Assembly (NCBI GenBank): GCA_964479285.1
Contig: CAYZLU010000001.1
Coordinates: 1-40,168 of the forward strand
Length of the DNA stretch: 40,168 nucleotides
Reading direction: 5' to 3'
Source of the DNA: an uncultured Planctomycetales bacterium
GTDB taxonomy: Bacteria; Omnitrophota; Gorgyraeia; Zapsychrales; Fredricksoniimonadaceae
The position numbers and the translations under genes are program-made. Below, in pieces: positions 23,655 to 33,611 of the stretch. The notes beneath the pieces were generated by a model. That model made no database searches and was not told where the DNA came from. It saw nothing but the letters and a program-made list of their open reading frames with translations. How positions within the stretch are numbered: the first letter of the stretch is position 1; every line of letters begins with the position of its first letter.

Positions 23655-23659
23655 TATGG

Positions 23660-25462
23660 TTATTTTACAGGTTTTTGGGGCTGTTCTTTTTTTTCTTTGG
23701 TTGGAGAGGAATGTGTTTTAATAAGTTCCTGAGCAAGAATAGCTGCTTGCTGAGGAGAATTATTTTTAGCAGCGATAATGATACGCTCCATTATATTTTG
23801 CGATTCAGGGTCAATCAAAAGTTTTGTGGAAAGTCTCTTAGCTGCGTCTAATCCTATAACAGCGGCCAATGTTTTATAATCCCCGCTAAACATAGCGCGC
23901 ACTCCTTCGAGGAGTTTTAGTGATTGAATGGTTTTATCGTTCTTTGGAATCTGTTTTATTAATGATTCGATAGCCTGTGCACCTTCGCTGATTGCCTTGA
24001 TATTCTTAACTTGCTCAGGCCCTAAGACTTTCTTGGCAAGTTCATGATTCTGCGGATCATTAAGAATAGAAGTTAGCTTTTTGAAATTCATTCCATCGAC
24101 ATTCTGCGTTTTTTCAATGGTTTGCATTAAATCTCTAGCGTTAAGCCAATGTTTCCATGTTTTATTTGTCGCATCAAAATATTTTCCGAATTTTTCCGCT
24201 TCACGTCCAGATTCTGCAAAAGATCCCTTAATTCCTCTTTGAACTAATCCCAATATATGTTCTTTTGTTTTTGGATCTGTCCAATTTCCAGATTTACCTA
24301 GCTTTCGATAAAAACTTGTTAAGAAATCCGCTGTTTGTGATTTATCTACTTTTTCCAAACCCTCTTTAAGAAATCCTATAAATTCTTTTTCCTCTGGAAG
24401 TAAAGCAGATTTTTCCATATATTCGATGGATTGTTCTATTGACTTTCTGAAGGGCTCTTTATTGCTTATAGGAACACTGGCGGCTACTTCTTCCATTGAT
24501 TGATAAACATTTTTAGCTTGTTTTTCAAGATATGGTAAACCACCTTCAGCATATCCAGGTAAACCCTTTTTTATTTCCCCTTTGAAAAGTTCTTCGCTAT
24601 TTTTAACTCCTTTCTGAATTGCATTCTCTGCCTCAGGAGTAAGTGCTGCATATTTCTTAAGAATCTTTCTTTCTTCAAGAGCACTTTTTGCTAAGGTGAT
24701 GTCTTTCTCTGTGTAGCCAGCTTTTCTTAAATCTTTAATCACCTGCTCAACTTCTTTACTTTTTGAAGTAATAGGAACGTTTGATTTAGGAGCAAATTTA
24801 AGTCCTGCAATAATTTCTACAGCAGCTTGTGCCCAAGGGGGTGCTCCAAGTTCTTCAAGTGTCTGACCTGCAATACCCGCTGCGATTGGCGCTGCAATTC
24901 CTCCCCCTCCAAATGCTACTCCACCGCCTCCTAGCTTTCCAATCCTACGCCCATAACGACCTGCCGCTGTTTTTGGCTCAGATACTAATCCAAGATCCTT
25001 TCCAAATTCTTCCACATTTTGAGAGCTAGGTAATTTGGAATGTCTAGGAGCAATATCCTCATCTGACAATTCCATGAGTTCCCCAACAGATGGTACTTCA
25101 TTATTACCAAGCTTCTCTAAGACATCAAATTCTCGATTGTACTTAGCTTTCTCTCCTGGAAGGGTTTCTTTTGCTTGTAGACCGAATAAGTCAAGAATAT
25201 CACCATAAGTACCTAGAGCACCAATTCCAAAGCCTTGAGCAGCTTGCGTTCCGAAATCTGAGGCATAGACACCTACCCCCATTTCTTTAGGTTTTGAAGG
25301 AGCGTTGAAATATTTGAGAACTTCTTCAGGAGTATAACCAGCTTCTTGAGCTTTTTCCATTTTCTGACCAAAAGAAGGATCTTTTTTTCCGAGGAATTGC
25401 ATGATTTCCTCATCGGAATATCCGGCAGATCTAGCTTGTTGATATTTCTCTTGATAACTCAT
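23660..25462 (-). CDS. Large virion protein; putative internal/ejection protein.
   Basis: 600 aa with a repeated AGY(S/T)xE(E/D)(I/V) motif and the Gly-rich hydrophobic segment GGGGVAFGGGGIAAPIAAGIAG. It is the last gene of the structural operon. Function is inferred from position. Confidence 0.5.
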   Translation of the reverse strand: MSYQEKYQQARSAGYSDEEIMQFLGKKDPSFGQKMEKAQEAGYTPEEVLKYFNAPSKPKEMGVGVYASDFGTQAAQGFGIGALGTYGDILDLFGLQAKETLPGEKAKYNREFDVLEKLGNNEVPSVGELMELSDEDIAPRHSKLPSSQNVEEFGKDLGLVSEPKTAAGRYGRRIGKLGGGGVAFGGGGIAAPIAAGIAGQTLEELGAPPWAQAAVEIIAGLKFAPKSNVPITSKSKEVEQVIKDLRKAGYTEKDITLAKSALEERKILKKYAALTPEAENAIQKGVKNSEELFKGEIKKGLPGYAEGGLPYLEKQAKNVYQSMEEVAASVPISNKEPFRKSIEQSIEYMEKSALLPEEKEFIGFLKEGLEKVDKSQTADFLTSFYRKLGKSGNWTDPKTKEHILGLVQRGIKGSFAESGREAEKFGKYFDATNKTWKHWLNARDLMQTIEKTQNVDGMNFKKLTSILNDPQNHELAKKVLGPEQVKNIKAISEGAQAIESLIKQIPKNDKTIQSLKLLEGVRAMFSGDYKTLAAVIGLDAAKRLSTKLLIDPESQNIMERIIIAAKNNSPQQAAILAQELIKTHSSPTKEKKEQPQKPVK

Positions 25463-26712
25463 TTAAAAATCTCATCTAAGGGAGGGCGCTCTTGTTTACT
25501 TGATTCCCGTTCTCCGATCACTTTTTTATTTGAAACTTGAGTGTATTTTCCCCACAATTCTTCAGTTTGTTTTTTGACAATATCTTCAGCTATTTGTTGT
25601 GCTTGAAGAGGTGAAATTTCTGAAGGTTTATAGGTTCGATAAACTTCGTCCATAGCCTGAGAATATAATAAATTAAGGTCATTAACAATTTGAAGATCTT
25701 TGATAATCGCTTCCCTAGATTCAGGAGAATCTGCTAAACCTGGAAATCCCTCTAAATAAGTAGCAGCATCAAAGTTTGTTACTCTAGAACCAAAAGTGTC
25801 TTTAGCATTTCTTAATTGTCTTACAATGATTTTGCCAAATTGTCTTTCTTCGGGAGTTGCCGCAGCTGGGAATATAATATCCCCAGTCTTTGGGTTAATA
25901 TTCCATTTTGATAGTCCAGTACTTATGTAAGGATTCAATTCTTGTAGTTTATTAAAAGAGTATTTATCTTCTTCAAGGTTTCTTTTCCTTGTTAGATTTT
26001 CATTAAAATCTTTTAAGTTGTTCTGAGAGTTTTCTTTTTTCAATTCAGCTCTTTCTTTTAAGGTCAGACCTTCTACTTTTTCAGGAAGAGGGAATTGGAA
26101 TTCAGGATTAATCTCTGAAAACCTACCAGAATCTTCATTCTGGGTAAAAGGTTCAGATTTAGGAATGTCTCTAAAACGATTTATTAAATCATTTGCTCCT
26201 TGGATAGCGTAAGTTTGACCGGTTCCTTTTTCTGAGGAACGAATGATATCCGATTGATTTTTTGCAATCGCTGGAGGAACACCAGCGTCAACCATAGTAT
26301 CATAAAGACCGTTAGCAACTCTGTTAGATCGAGAGAAATCTCCGATTTTTAATTGTATATCTGGTGGTAATCCTTCTAGTACTTCTTCAGGAATTTCTTG
26401 ATTTTTTTGTATATATCCAAAGGCTTTTGATAACTTATTTTTTGTTTTTTCCTGTTGCTCTTGCTGATCAATCTGCATTCTTTGCTGGAGTATTTCTTGC
26501 CCCTTCTCTCCGTAAGGACTCAGAGCAGAACGAAGCGCTTCCATTTTCTGTGATTGAGGAGCCCCTTCCAAAGCCTTATCATGGAGAACGCTATCAAGGC
26601 TACGATTGGCAAAGAAAGTATTAAGGCCATTTCCAATACCCTGGCCTAAACTCATACCAAGCATTTCGGATAGTTTATTTCGAGGATCTCTTGTTTCAAT
26701 GACTTGAACCAT
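25459..26712 (-). CDS. Virion protein; putative internal protein (417 aa).
   Basis: ORF with ATGA coupling on both sides. Confidence 0.5.
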   Translation of the reverse strand: MVQVIETRDPRNKLSEMLGMSLGQGIGNGLNTFFANRSLDSVLHDKALEGAPQSQKMEALRSALSPYGEKGQEILQQRMQIDQQEQQEKTKNKLSKAFGYIQKNQEIPEEVLEGLPPDIQLKIGDFSRSNRVANGLYDTMVDAGVPPAIAKNQSDIIRSSEKGTGQTYAIQGANDLINRFRDIPKSEPFTQNEDSGRFSEINPEFQFPLPEKVEGLTLKERAELKKENSQNNLKDFNENLTRKRNLEEDKYSFNKLQELNPYISTGLSKWNINPKTGDIIFPAAATPEERQFGKIIVRQLRNAKDTFGSRVTNFDAATYLEGFPGLADSPESREAIIKDLQIVNDLNLLYSQAMDEVYRTYKPSEISPLQAQQIAEDIVKKQTEELWGKYTQVSNKKVIGERESSKQERPPLDEIFK

Positions 26713-27308
26713 TATGCTATTCCGCCTCCTTGAAGTTTTTTAAATAGACTGTTGATCCCTCCACTAATCCCGTTCCCAAGAGCATTACCGATTGGATCTG
26801 CCGCTTTCGATAGAATACCCGTTAAGAAATTAGGAATCACTCCAGAAGAACCCTCTTGTTTATTATAAGCAAATGGACTGTATTGAAGTCCTGTTTGGGA
26901 AAGATTTTGAAATTGTCCTTGCTGACGTCCGGCGGCCTGACCCTGTAATTGAGAAAATAATTGAGCTAAGTTTGATTGAAGACCTGCGGAAGCCCCTCCC
27001 AAAGCTTGTCCGAATCCACTTGATGAAAGCGCTCCAGCTCCAGCAAATCTTTCTGCAATTTGTGGAAGAATTTGCTCATCAAATTGTTGTAAATAAGGTG
27101 CTGAAAATTTATTGAATGCTTCTGAACCTGGACCTAATAAATTTTGATCGTATTGATTTGCTAAATTTAACCCTCCCCCTTGCTGTATCATTTGTTGAAG
27201 CATTGAAATTATATCGTTGCCTCCAAATTGCATTTGTTGATTCGTTCCCGTAGCTACTTTTTCTAGTTTGTCAGGGCTTCCAAAAAGCCAGTCACTAAAA
27301 CTTGCCAT
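26712..27308 (-). CDS. Gly/Gln-rich low-complexity virion protein.
   Basis: 198 aa with QGQAAGRQQGQFQN and GAGALSSSGFGQALGGASAG. Confidence 0.5.
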   Translation of the reverse strand: MASFSDWLFGSPDKLEKVATGTNQQMQFGGNDIISMLQQMIQQGGGLNLANQYDQNLLGPGSEAFNKFSAPYLQQFDEQILPQIAERFAGAGALSSSGFGQALGGASAGLQSNLAQLFSQLQGQAAGRQQGQFQNLSQTGLQYSPFAYNKQEGSSGVIPNFLTGILSKAADPIGNALGNGISGGINSLFKKLQGGGIA

Positions 27309-27315
27309 AATTCAC

Positions 27316-27819
27316 CTAATTTTTTAAATACTCCATGACCCATACGCACCAAGTCAGAGCGTTACCCGTATTGTTTTGAATAATAATAGTATTTGTCGAG
27401 GATTGATATCTTACATAGAGATCAGGATCGTTTAGAAAATAAGACAATCCCCCTGTATCTACAGCTCCACCAAATCCTTGAACAGGATAAAGGTAGCCAT
27501 TAATGATCTTAGGCTGAGTTGATGACGACAAAACAAGAGGTGTGCTACCTGTAGGAATGTTTCCACCATTTAGAAAAACTAAATCAACTGTAATCCTATA
27601 AGCATTACGATTCTGTTGAGGTTTTCCAATCTGATACCATTGTTCAAAATTTGCTGTTTCCTGGAGGAGGTAAAGACCGCTTTCTTTTGTGTTTACCGCA
27701 TTCGCCACTCTACGAAGGTAAAGCATTAGAATATTGTCAAAACCCTTGTCATTTGGATTCACATCCAGAGAAACGGGAAGTTGATTAGTATTGAGAGAAG
27801 CGTCGCTTGAAAATGTCAT
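27316..27819 (-). CDS. Structural protein (167 aa).
   Basis: The ORF is coupled to the 851-aa gene. Confidence 0.5.
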   Translation of the reverse strand: MTFSSDASLNTNQLPVSLDVNPNDKGFDNILMLYLRRVANAVNTKESGLYLLQETANFEQWYQIGKPQQNRNAYRITVDLVFLNGGNIPTGSTPLVLSSSTQPKIINGYLYPVQGFGGAVDTGGLSYFLNDPDLYVRYQSSTNTIIIQNNTGNALTWCVWVMEYLKN

Positions 27820-30374
27820 TAATTGATTATCCTTCCACCTGGCCTAAACCAAATATTCATAGCATTCAATTCCATAGGGGTTTGATGAGTGACGAGTTGA
27901 TTCATCAGATTATCGTCATAAGTCATACCTATTCGCATGTACTGACCAAATTGAGTGCTATAGAAGCGATACCAAGCGTATTGAGACCCAGGTATATAGG
28001 TTTGACCGTTTGTTGGGACGGTGTTCCACACACCGCCATTAGAATACGCGCTGAACCCAGACGAATCTGTATTGTCCAGCGTAAAATTGTTCGCATCTAC
28101 AACTGTTATTGTGTAAATAGCGGAGTTGAGTTGCGTCATTCCTTGAACATTAGCAATATAAATTTGAGTGCCAGAGATTAGACTATGATTTGGACTTGTT
28201 ATCTGACACGGGTTTGCCTTTGTTGCAAAGGTTATGAAACGAGAGTTTTGAGAGGAGTTATTCAAAAATGAGTTTACAACAGCATCATTTCCAGCAATCA
28301 AATTTGCCTGCTCTCCTAGGTAAGAGTTTACAAAAAGTTGAATCGTTGTAGCTTGTATTGCCCGAGATTGAGGGTTTGAATCCATTTGGAAATCAATATA
28401 GGAAAGCTTGAATTGCTTTCCTTCTGCTTGGAAAGGATTGAAATCCTTTCCCTGGATATTCATTTTAGGTAAAAGGGTTACCCGTCCCCCTCCAATATAC
28501 GTGGCTGTTGATGTTTTATGAATAGCTGAATAGTTTTGAAATTGAAAATTCCATGTGGATAAAGTGACTGTATTTGCATCAACTACTGTTACGTTGTAAA
28601 TTATGTTATTGAATCCTGGATCTGTACCAACCCATAACATGCCTGTGATATAAATCAACTCACTATTAGATAAATTGTGGTTAGGAATAGTAATCCGTGT
28701 GGGATTTTGTGTAAAGTCAACGGCAGTGATCGCCATAGTGTTGGCATAAAGAATAGTAGAAGACTGTTGTGTTGCCGCATCAGGGTTCTGATAGAGGTTT
28801 ATAAAGCCTTGCTGTGTTCCTAAAGTTACATAGTCAACATATTGTTGATCATCAACGTTATCCCAAGTTACTGTGCTATCCCAAGAAGTTGTTAAGCTAT
28901 CCCAGGTTATGCTGAATTGAAATTGAGCTGTTCCAAAACAAGTAACTGTATCTCTAAATTTTGCCCAAGTGTTATTTCTATAGTTAAAAACAAGTACTGT
29001 ATTAGGAAAACTTTGATTTATTGAAGCGTCCGAAGAATCTACATAATTCCAATAAACCAATTCCTTTTCAAAATCTCTGACCCCGTGAACAAAATTAGGA
29101 GCGTTATTTTGGATTTCAAAACTGAAAACTTGCTCAGGTATTTGCTCATCTAATCGTGAAACTCCATTTGCTGCTGCTTGTATGACACCCCGATCACTTA
29201 CCGCCATGACCCCTTGGTCAAAAACGATTGGGCTATAAGGGCTAACAGCACCAAAATCTGAAGAAATTCTTTCCCAAATAAAAGGTAGTCCATATTCACC
29301 TATATATCTAAGTTGCCATGTTGAATATTCAAAAAAAACGATAAGGGTGTTTCTAAAGAAGGCTGCGCTAACGATAGCTTCATTGGTAGGGGCATCTAAA
29401 AACCCTCCTCGACCGAAAAGATCAGATCTCCACCCATTCACTTGATCTGTGGGGTCACCGATTTGGCTAAACCGGCATCTTGCATAATAATTAAGAGCAA
29501 CAGAGGCATCCAAAACACCTGCGTTTTTTCGACCTTCCCATGTATTTAATGCTAATAATCTTCCGTAATAAGGTATAACTATAAGAGCTTGATAAAGATA
29601 GTTAGGTACAGAATCTAATTGGGGTTGTAAATCAGTCCATGTAGAATTATTGTAATATCTTATTGGATCGTATGGTGTAGAAGCTCCAGCAGTTATATTA
29701 TTATTTGTGGTGAAAAAGTACCTTAAATTAGGTGTTGCACCTTGATAATTAGCCGCCCAAAAGAAGTCTGTGTTATTTCCTGACCATGTTTCTCCAGGAA
29801 CAAGTTCTTGAAAACCATTGACATATTGATAGGCGTATTTGGTGTCAAAAAAAACCGTAGAATCTATTCCAATAGAAGCCACATCTCTTTTTAATATTCC
29901 CATAACAGGAAGGGCTGGGTAATAGTTCATTGTGACTGTTGTTGCGTGACCAGCTCCAACTGTCGTCGTAAGTGTAACGGAACCCGTCAAGTAATTAATT
30001 GTTCCTGAGTTGCCACCTGTCGAATTAGTTAAAATTCCATTTCCTTGATCTACAAAAGGGGTTGCTAAAGTAGCAATACTTATCCTTACACTTCCTTCTG
30101 CGATTTCAGCGTAGGTTTCTGGCGTGATTGAAAGAGTTGTATAAAGATTAAACGTCCAAGGCGATGCTGAGCTATTTCCTATTGCAACATTAGTAAAAAC
30201 TCTTGATAAACGACCAACAGGAACCTCGCCATCCCTTTTTTTCGTTCTTTCTCGCCATACATAAGCATTTTCAAGACTTGAGTATGCTTCATTGGCTAGT
30301 AGAGCAGGCTTCCTATCTTGTGTAAGCCCCCCTCCTGGATACCCACCAATTGTTACTTGTAGGAATCCAGTCAT
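27819..30374 (-). CDS. Large tail protein, a positional analogue of a podovirus tail tubular/nozzle protein. It carries two small beta-barrel insert domains.
   Basis: 851 aa with two copies of the H-x-L...G...I...V.GM.QLN..Y.ITVVDAN.FTL module. Function is inferred from size and order only. Confidence 0.5.
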   Translation of the reverse strand: MTGFLQVTIGGYPGGGLTQDRKPALLANEAYSSLENAYVWRERTKKRDGEVPVGRLSRVFTNVAIGNSSASPWTFNLYTTLSITPETYAEIAEGSVRISIATLATPFVDQGNGILTNSTGGNSGTINYLTGSVTLTTTVGAGHATTVTMNYYPALPVMGILKRDVASIGIDSTVFFDTKYAYQYVNGFQELVPGETWSGNNTDFFWAANYQGATPNLRYFFTTNNNITAGASTPYDPIRYYNNSTWTDLQPQLDSVPNYLYQALIVIPYYGRLLALNTWEGRKNAGVLDASVALNYYARCRFSQIGDPTDQVNGWRSDLFGRGGFLDAPTNEAIVSAAFFRNTLIVFFEYSTWQLRYIGEYGLPFIWERISSDFGAVSPYSPIVFDQGVMAVSDRGVIQAAANGVSRLDEQIPEQVFSFEIQNNAPNFVHGVRDFEKELVYWNYVDSSDASINQSFPNTVLVFNYRNNTWAKFRDTVTCFGTAQFQFSITWDSLTTSWDSTVTWDNVDDQQYVDYVTLGTQQGFINLYQNPDAATQQSSTILYANTMAITAVDFTQNPTRITIPNHNLSNSELIYITGMLWVGTDPGFNNIIYNVTVVDANTVTLSTWNFQFQNYSAIHKTSTATYIGGGRVTLLPKMNIQGKDFNPFQAEGKQFKLSYIDFQMDSNPQSRAIQATTIQLFVNSYLGEQANLIAGNDAVVNSFLNNSSQNSRFITFATKANPCQITSPNHSLISGTQIYIANVQGMTQLNSAIYTITVVDANNFTLDNTDSSGFSAYSNGGVWNTVPTNGQTYIPGSQYAWYRFYSTQFGQYMRIGMTYDDNLMNQLVTHQTPMELNAMNIWFRPGGRIIN

Positions 30375-30375
30375 T

Positions 30376-31020
30376 TCATTTACCTATAGCAAACCAATAA
30401 AGATTTTGACCATTAGCATTACTTGAAACCCAAGTAAATCCTGAAGTAGTTAAAGATCCTTCTAATATATTATAAACAGTAGTAATTTGAGGAGGTGGAG
30501 AAACAGCTGCATTATTGGATGAAGATAATTGAACATTAAAAACATAATTTGGAAACTTTACATTACCGTTAGCAGTAAAATCTATACCTCCTGTTGTGCC
30601 AGTAGTTTTTTTTATACCCCATTGCAATAAAACACCACCCACCCATTGAAATCCGCAATTGGTTACGTTGGATGTGCTTGCTCCAGTTAATTGAGATAAA
30701 CCCCCCATGCCAGTCAAACAATAAAGCTGTGTATCCATATTTGACGGGATATTTGGTACAGCAACGCCATTGACAACCAAATTATTTGGCTGTCCACAAA
30801 ATAACTGATTATATCCTGTCACTGTGGATACACTTGTTTGTGGCACTTGATGGATAATAGTATGATAACCAGCTGGCTGCATACCTGGACCATTGTTATT
30901 TACATGATCTACTGCTAATGTTAAAAAAGTACCATCTAAGTTATTTCTAATAATAGACTTAGTTTGACCAAGTGTTGAACCATCTGGTGGGTAACCTTGG
31001 GTATATGCTGGAATAGACAT
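30376..31020 (-). CDS. Virion/tail protein (214 aa).
   Basis: ORF with a strong AGGAGG SD, immediately upstream of the 851-aa gene. Confidence 0.5.
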   Translation of the reverse strand: MSIPAYTQGYPPDGSTLGQTKSIIRNNLDGTFLTLAVDHVNNNGPGMQPAGYHTIIHQVPQTSVSTVTGYNQLFCGQPNNLVVNGVAVPNIPSNMDTQLYCLTGMGGLSQLTGASTSNVTNCGFQWVGGVLLQWGIKKTTGTTGGIDFTANGNVKFPNYVFNVQLSSSNNAAVSPPPQITTVYNILEGSLTTSGFTWVSSNANGQNLYWFAIGK

Positions 31021-31028
31021 TTTTCCTC

Positions 31029-31166
31029 CTAGCTCACGCAGACAGTTGGTATTGGTTGCACAGCCTTAGGGTTGTACAACTTCTTTAAAGACTCTTTACT
31101 CAGTTTTGCTTTTGCAGGAGAAAGAGGTTTTTTAAGCCTTTTCTCTTTTCCCTTAATGACAGCCAT
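31029..31166 (-). CDS. Small basic protein (45 aa, below the track threshold).
   Basis: Hand-translated as MAVIKGKEKRLKKPLSPAKAKLSKESLKKLYNPKAVQPIPTVCVS. AGGA lies upstream and the stop lies within the next gene's SD. Confidence 0.35.
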   Translation of the reverse strand: MAVIKGKEKRLKKPLSPAKAKLSKESLKKLYNPKAVQPIPTVCVS

Positions 31167-31254
31167 TTTTTATCCTGTTGTGTGCCGCCCGACAAATGGA
31201 CCCCCTCCCATAGGGATAGGTTTATCAGGCAGTGATTTTAGTTTTTTCTTTTTA

Positions 31255-31461
31255 TCAATCGGTTTTAACGGGCTTTTCTTCTTCTTCATCTTCACCCAAA
31301 AGTTCGAGTATGTTTCTAACTAAAGCTAAAGCAATAGGTCTGATTAAAATAATTTGTGAGGTAATTTCCCCATCATCTTCTTCTGTAATAACAACAGCTT
31401 CACCATCATTTATTTCTTCGAGAAGAATGACAATATCATCACTTATTTCTATCTCTTTCAT
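31255..31461 (-). CDS. Very acidic small protein (68 aa).
   Basis: The ORF is ATGA-coupled to the 455-aa gene and has Asp/Glu-rich ends. Confidence 0.5.
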   Translation of the reverse strand: MKEIEISDDIVILLEEINDGEAVVITEEDDGEITSQIILIRPIALALVRNILELLGEDEEEEKPVKTD

Positions 31462-32825
31462 ATGCTCCCAAAGTTTGTTAATCCACCGCCTGAACCATAG
31501 TTATATGTGAGCTGATCGGTGTAAATTGTTGATATTCTTTCCTGACCTATCTGAGCGTAAGTTCTTGTCTCTATGATGTCGTAACGCTCTTTGAGCATCT
31601 TGTCTATAAACACAACCCCATCAGAATCAAGGCGCTCTTCAAATATCTTCTTAGCAGCTCCTACTGCTAGGATTTCCCACCACTCAGAAAGCTCTGGGCT
31701 TCCAGTTTGGTCAGCCGCTATGAGAGCTTGAATTGGTTGACGATAGCATGTTAATTCGATGGTATAACCAGCATCGGGGCATGGTGAAAGTGTAAACTGG
31801 TTCTGATAAAACATGATCGCAAGAGGAATTTGAAACTGCTTGGGATTATATTGAATTTGAATCGGCGTACCTTCGGGAATTGCTTGAGCGAAAGTTAATC
31901 CTGTAATCTGACCAGTTTGATAATTAATGGTCGCATTCCCTGGCTGGGTTGGAGTAGTAGAGGCGTATTGACGGTAGTAGGTCCAGCCATATTGTTGATC
32001 CCCATTATTCGATGTCTGGAAAATTTGAATCAGATTGCCCTGGCCATCATCCGTTACATTTTGAGTCTGACCTATGCCATTTGCTCCAATAACGTTTGCA
32101 GTGATAAGAACGTTTTGAACTCTGCTTTGAGGGAAGAATAGGCTTGGACTTAATTGCGGGCCTGGATCATTATTTACGCTAGGAATCAATGGGGCCGCTG
32201 TGGTGAAGCCGTTGTATGGTGACGAGTACCAAGACCCTCCTGAAGTATAAGAGGTATAGAGAGTAGAATTTACGCCTAAAGAAAAGCTATTTGCGTTTAT
32301 GACAGCGATTGTGTAGGAATTACCATTGACCTGGGTCATACCGCTAACATTATTTAAAATGACGGTAGTGCCAGAAACTAGACCATGATTTGCGGAAGTG
32401 ACAACTGCGTTTGTAGCTTGGGTAATGTTGGTTATAGTTCCTGTCTGAGAACCAGTAGTACCGTCACCACTTGCAAAAGTGGTGAATTGTTGCCAATTAT
32501 AGTTTACTCCATAAAAATTCCAGGGGTCAGTAAAGAGCTTGATTTCTCGTTTAGAGCAGTAACAAGGGGAGTTGACAGTCGTGTAAAGCTCGCTATTGAA
32601 GGGGTAGACATCTTGCCCGACATTAGTCGTGAAAGTATAGATATCCTTAAGCTTTAAAGACCTGAATTTAGCCGGCAAATCATAGGCATAAAAGCTATGC
32701 ATTTGCTGAACGATATATTCATCCGTCACTTGAAACGAATTCGTAGAACCCGTAAGCTTTCGCGACTTTGTAATAGCGTTAGCTAGTGTCGGAAACAAAG
32801 GATAGGTTGGGATAAATGTGTTCAT
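31458..32825 (-). CDS. Virion structural protein with a beta-barrel insert domain (455 aa).
   Basis: Contains ITQATNAVVTSANHGLVSGTTVILNNVSGMTQVNGNSYTIAVINANSFSL...YTSGGSW. Confidence 0.55.
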   Translation of the reverse strand: MNTFIPTYPLFPTLANAITKSRKLTGSTNSFQVTDEYIVQQMHSFYAYDLPAKFRSLKLKDIYTFTTNVGQDVYPFNSELYTTVNSPCYCSKREIKLFTDPWNFYGVNYNWQQFTTFASGDGTTGSQTGTITNITQATNAVVTSANHGLVSGTTVILNNVSGMTQVNGNSYTIAVINANSFSLGVNSTLYTSYTSGGSWYSSPYNGFTTAAPLIPSVNNDPGPQLSPSLFFPQSRVQNVLITANVIGANGIGQTQNVTDDGQGNLIQIFQTSNNGDQQYGWTYYRQYASTTPTQPGNATINYQTGQITGLTFAQAIPEGTPIQIQYNPKQFQIPLAIMFYQNQFTLSPCPDAGYTIELTCYRQPIQALIAADQTGSPELSEWWEILAVGAAKKIFEERLDSDGVVFIDKMLKERYDIIETRTYAQIGQERISTIYTDQLTYNYGSGGGLTNFGSI

Positions 32826-33205
32826 ACTACCGGCTCGTTGTCAAATGCATCTTCTAATGTGACCGTCGTAGTTCCTTGAATCACTCCAGAACCTGCTGGT
32901 ACAGCGACACAAGGCACTTGTGGGTCTTGAACATATATAAAGGGATAAAAATTAGCCGTGTCTAGTGCAATCGTCACAGTTGTCGAGGTAATAGATAAAA
33001 TTTGAGCTTTCTGGTTATTAAGCTGTATCATCCCGTTAGGTTGAGGGACGCGAAAGCTTATCCATTCAGCCACAGTAAAATTATGATTACCCGAAAAAGT
33101 GACGATTGCAGGATTTGCTTGGGTAATATTCGTTATATACTGCAAATTAGGAATAAAATTAGCCCCAAAAGGGGGCCCATAATTTGAGTTGTAAGTAGCA
33201 CTCAT
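32822..33205 (-). CDS. Small structural protein made essentially of one beta-barrel module (127 aa).
   Basis: ITQANPAIVTFSGNHNF...GMIQLNNQKAQILSITSTTVTI. Its C-terminus PAGSGV...LEDAFDN is shared with the 363-aa protein. Confidence 0.55.
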   Translation of the reverse strand: MSATYNSNYGPPFGANFIPNLQYITNITQANPAIVTFSGNHNFTVAEWISFRVPQPNGMIQLNNQKAQILSITSTTVTIALDTANFYPFIYVQDPQVPCVAVPAGSGVIQGTTTVTLEDAFDNEPVV

Positions 33206-33564
33206 AGCACGCTAGTTGGGGTAAATCTAACTCTCGAAACCGTCTCATAACTTCTAAGAGGTTTTTGTCCACTAGAAGGCAATTCCATTGAGTATCGTCT
33301 TATCTTTTTCTTTGTGTTGTTCAAATGCTTGATAATACCCATAGGAAGATCGCAAATCTCGCCGTGAATCATCTTAATCATTTGAATCGGTTCTCCTGGA
33401 TATTTCCTATAAGCAAACTCCAACCAGCCGCCTTGTGCATCTAGGAATTCAAACATTCCTTCGACGATCTTATCGTCTTCCTTGCGCATTTTTTTAATTA
33501 ACTCTTCCCTCTCAATTTGAGGCAAAGTGTTCTTTTGCTTCTTGTTTAATTCTCTGACTTCCAT
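33202..33564 (-). CDS. Hypothetical structural-module protein (120 aa).
   Basis: ORF, ATGA-coupled. Confidence 0.5.
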   Translation of the reverse strand: MEVRELNKKQKNTLPQIEREELIKKMRKEDDKIVEGMFEFLDAQGGWLEFAYRKYPGEPIQMIKMIHGEICDLPMGIIKHLNNTKKKIRRYSMELPSSGQKPLRSYETVSRVRFTPTSVL

Positions 33565-33582
33565 TTTAAATCCTTTGTTTAA

Positions 33583-33606
33583 AGGGAGGGGATTTTTCCC
33601 CTCCCT
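33583..33606 (-). terminator. GC-rich hairpin; a probable partial terminator after the capsid genes.
   Basis: A 9-bp stem (AGGGAGGGG/CCCCTCCCT) 6 nt downstream of the 363-aa gene's stop. It is followed by TTTAAAC on the minus strand. Confidence 0.45.
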
Positions 33607-33611
33607 AATTT

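Noticed and set aside
31072-31510. Plus-strand ORFs 31072..31323 and 31232..31510.
   Set aside because: They give low-complexity Phe/Ser-rich translations antisense to minus-strand genes and an intergenic region, with no start context.
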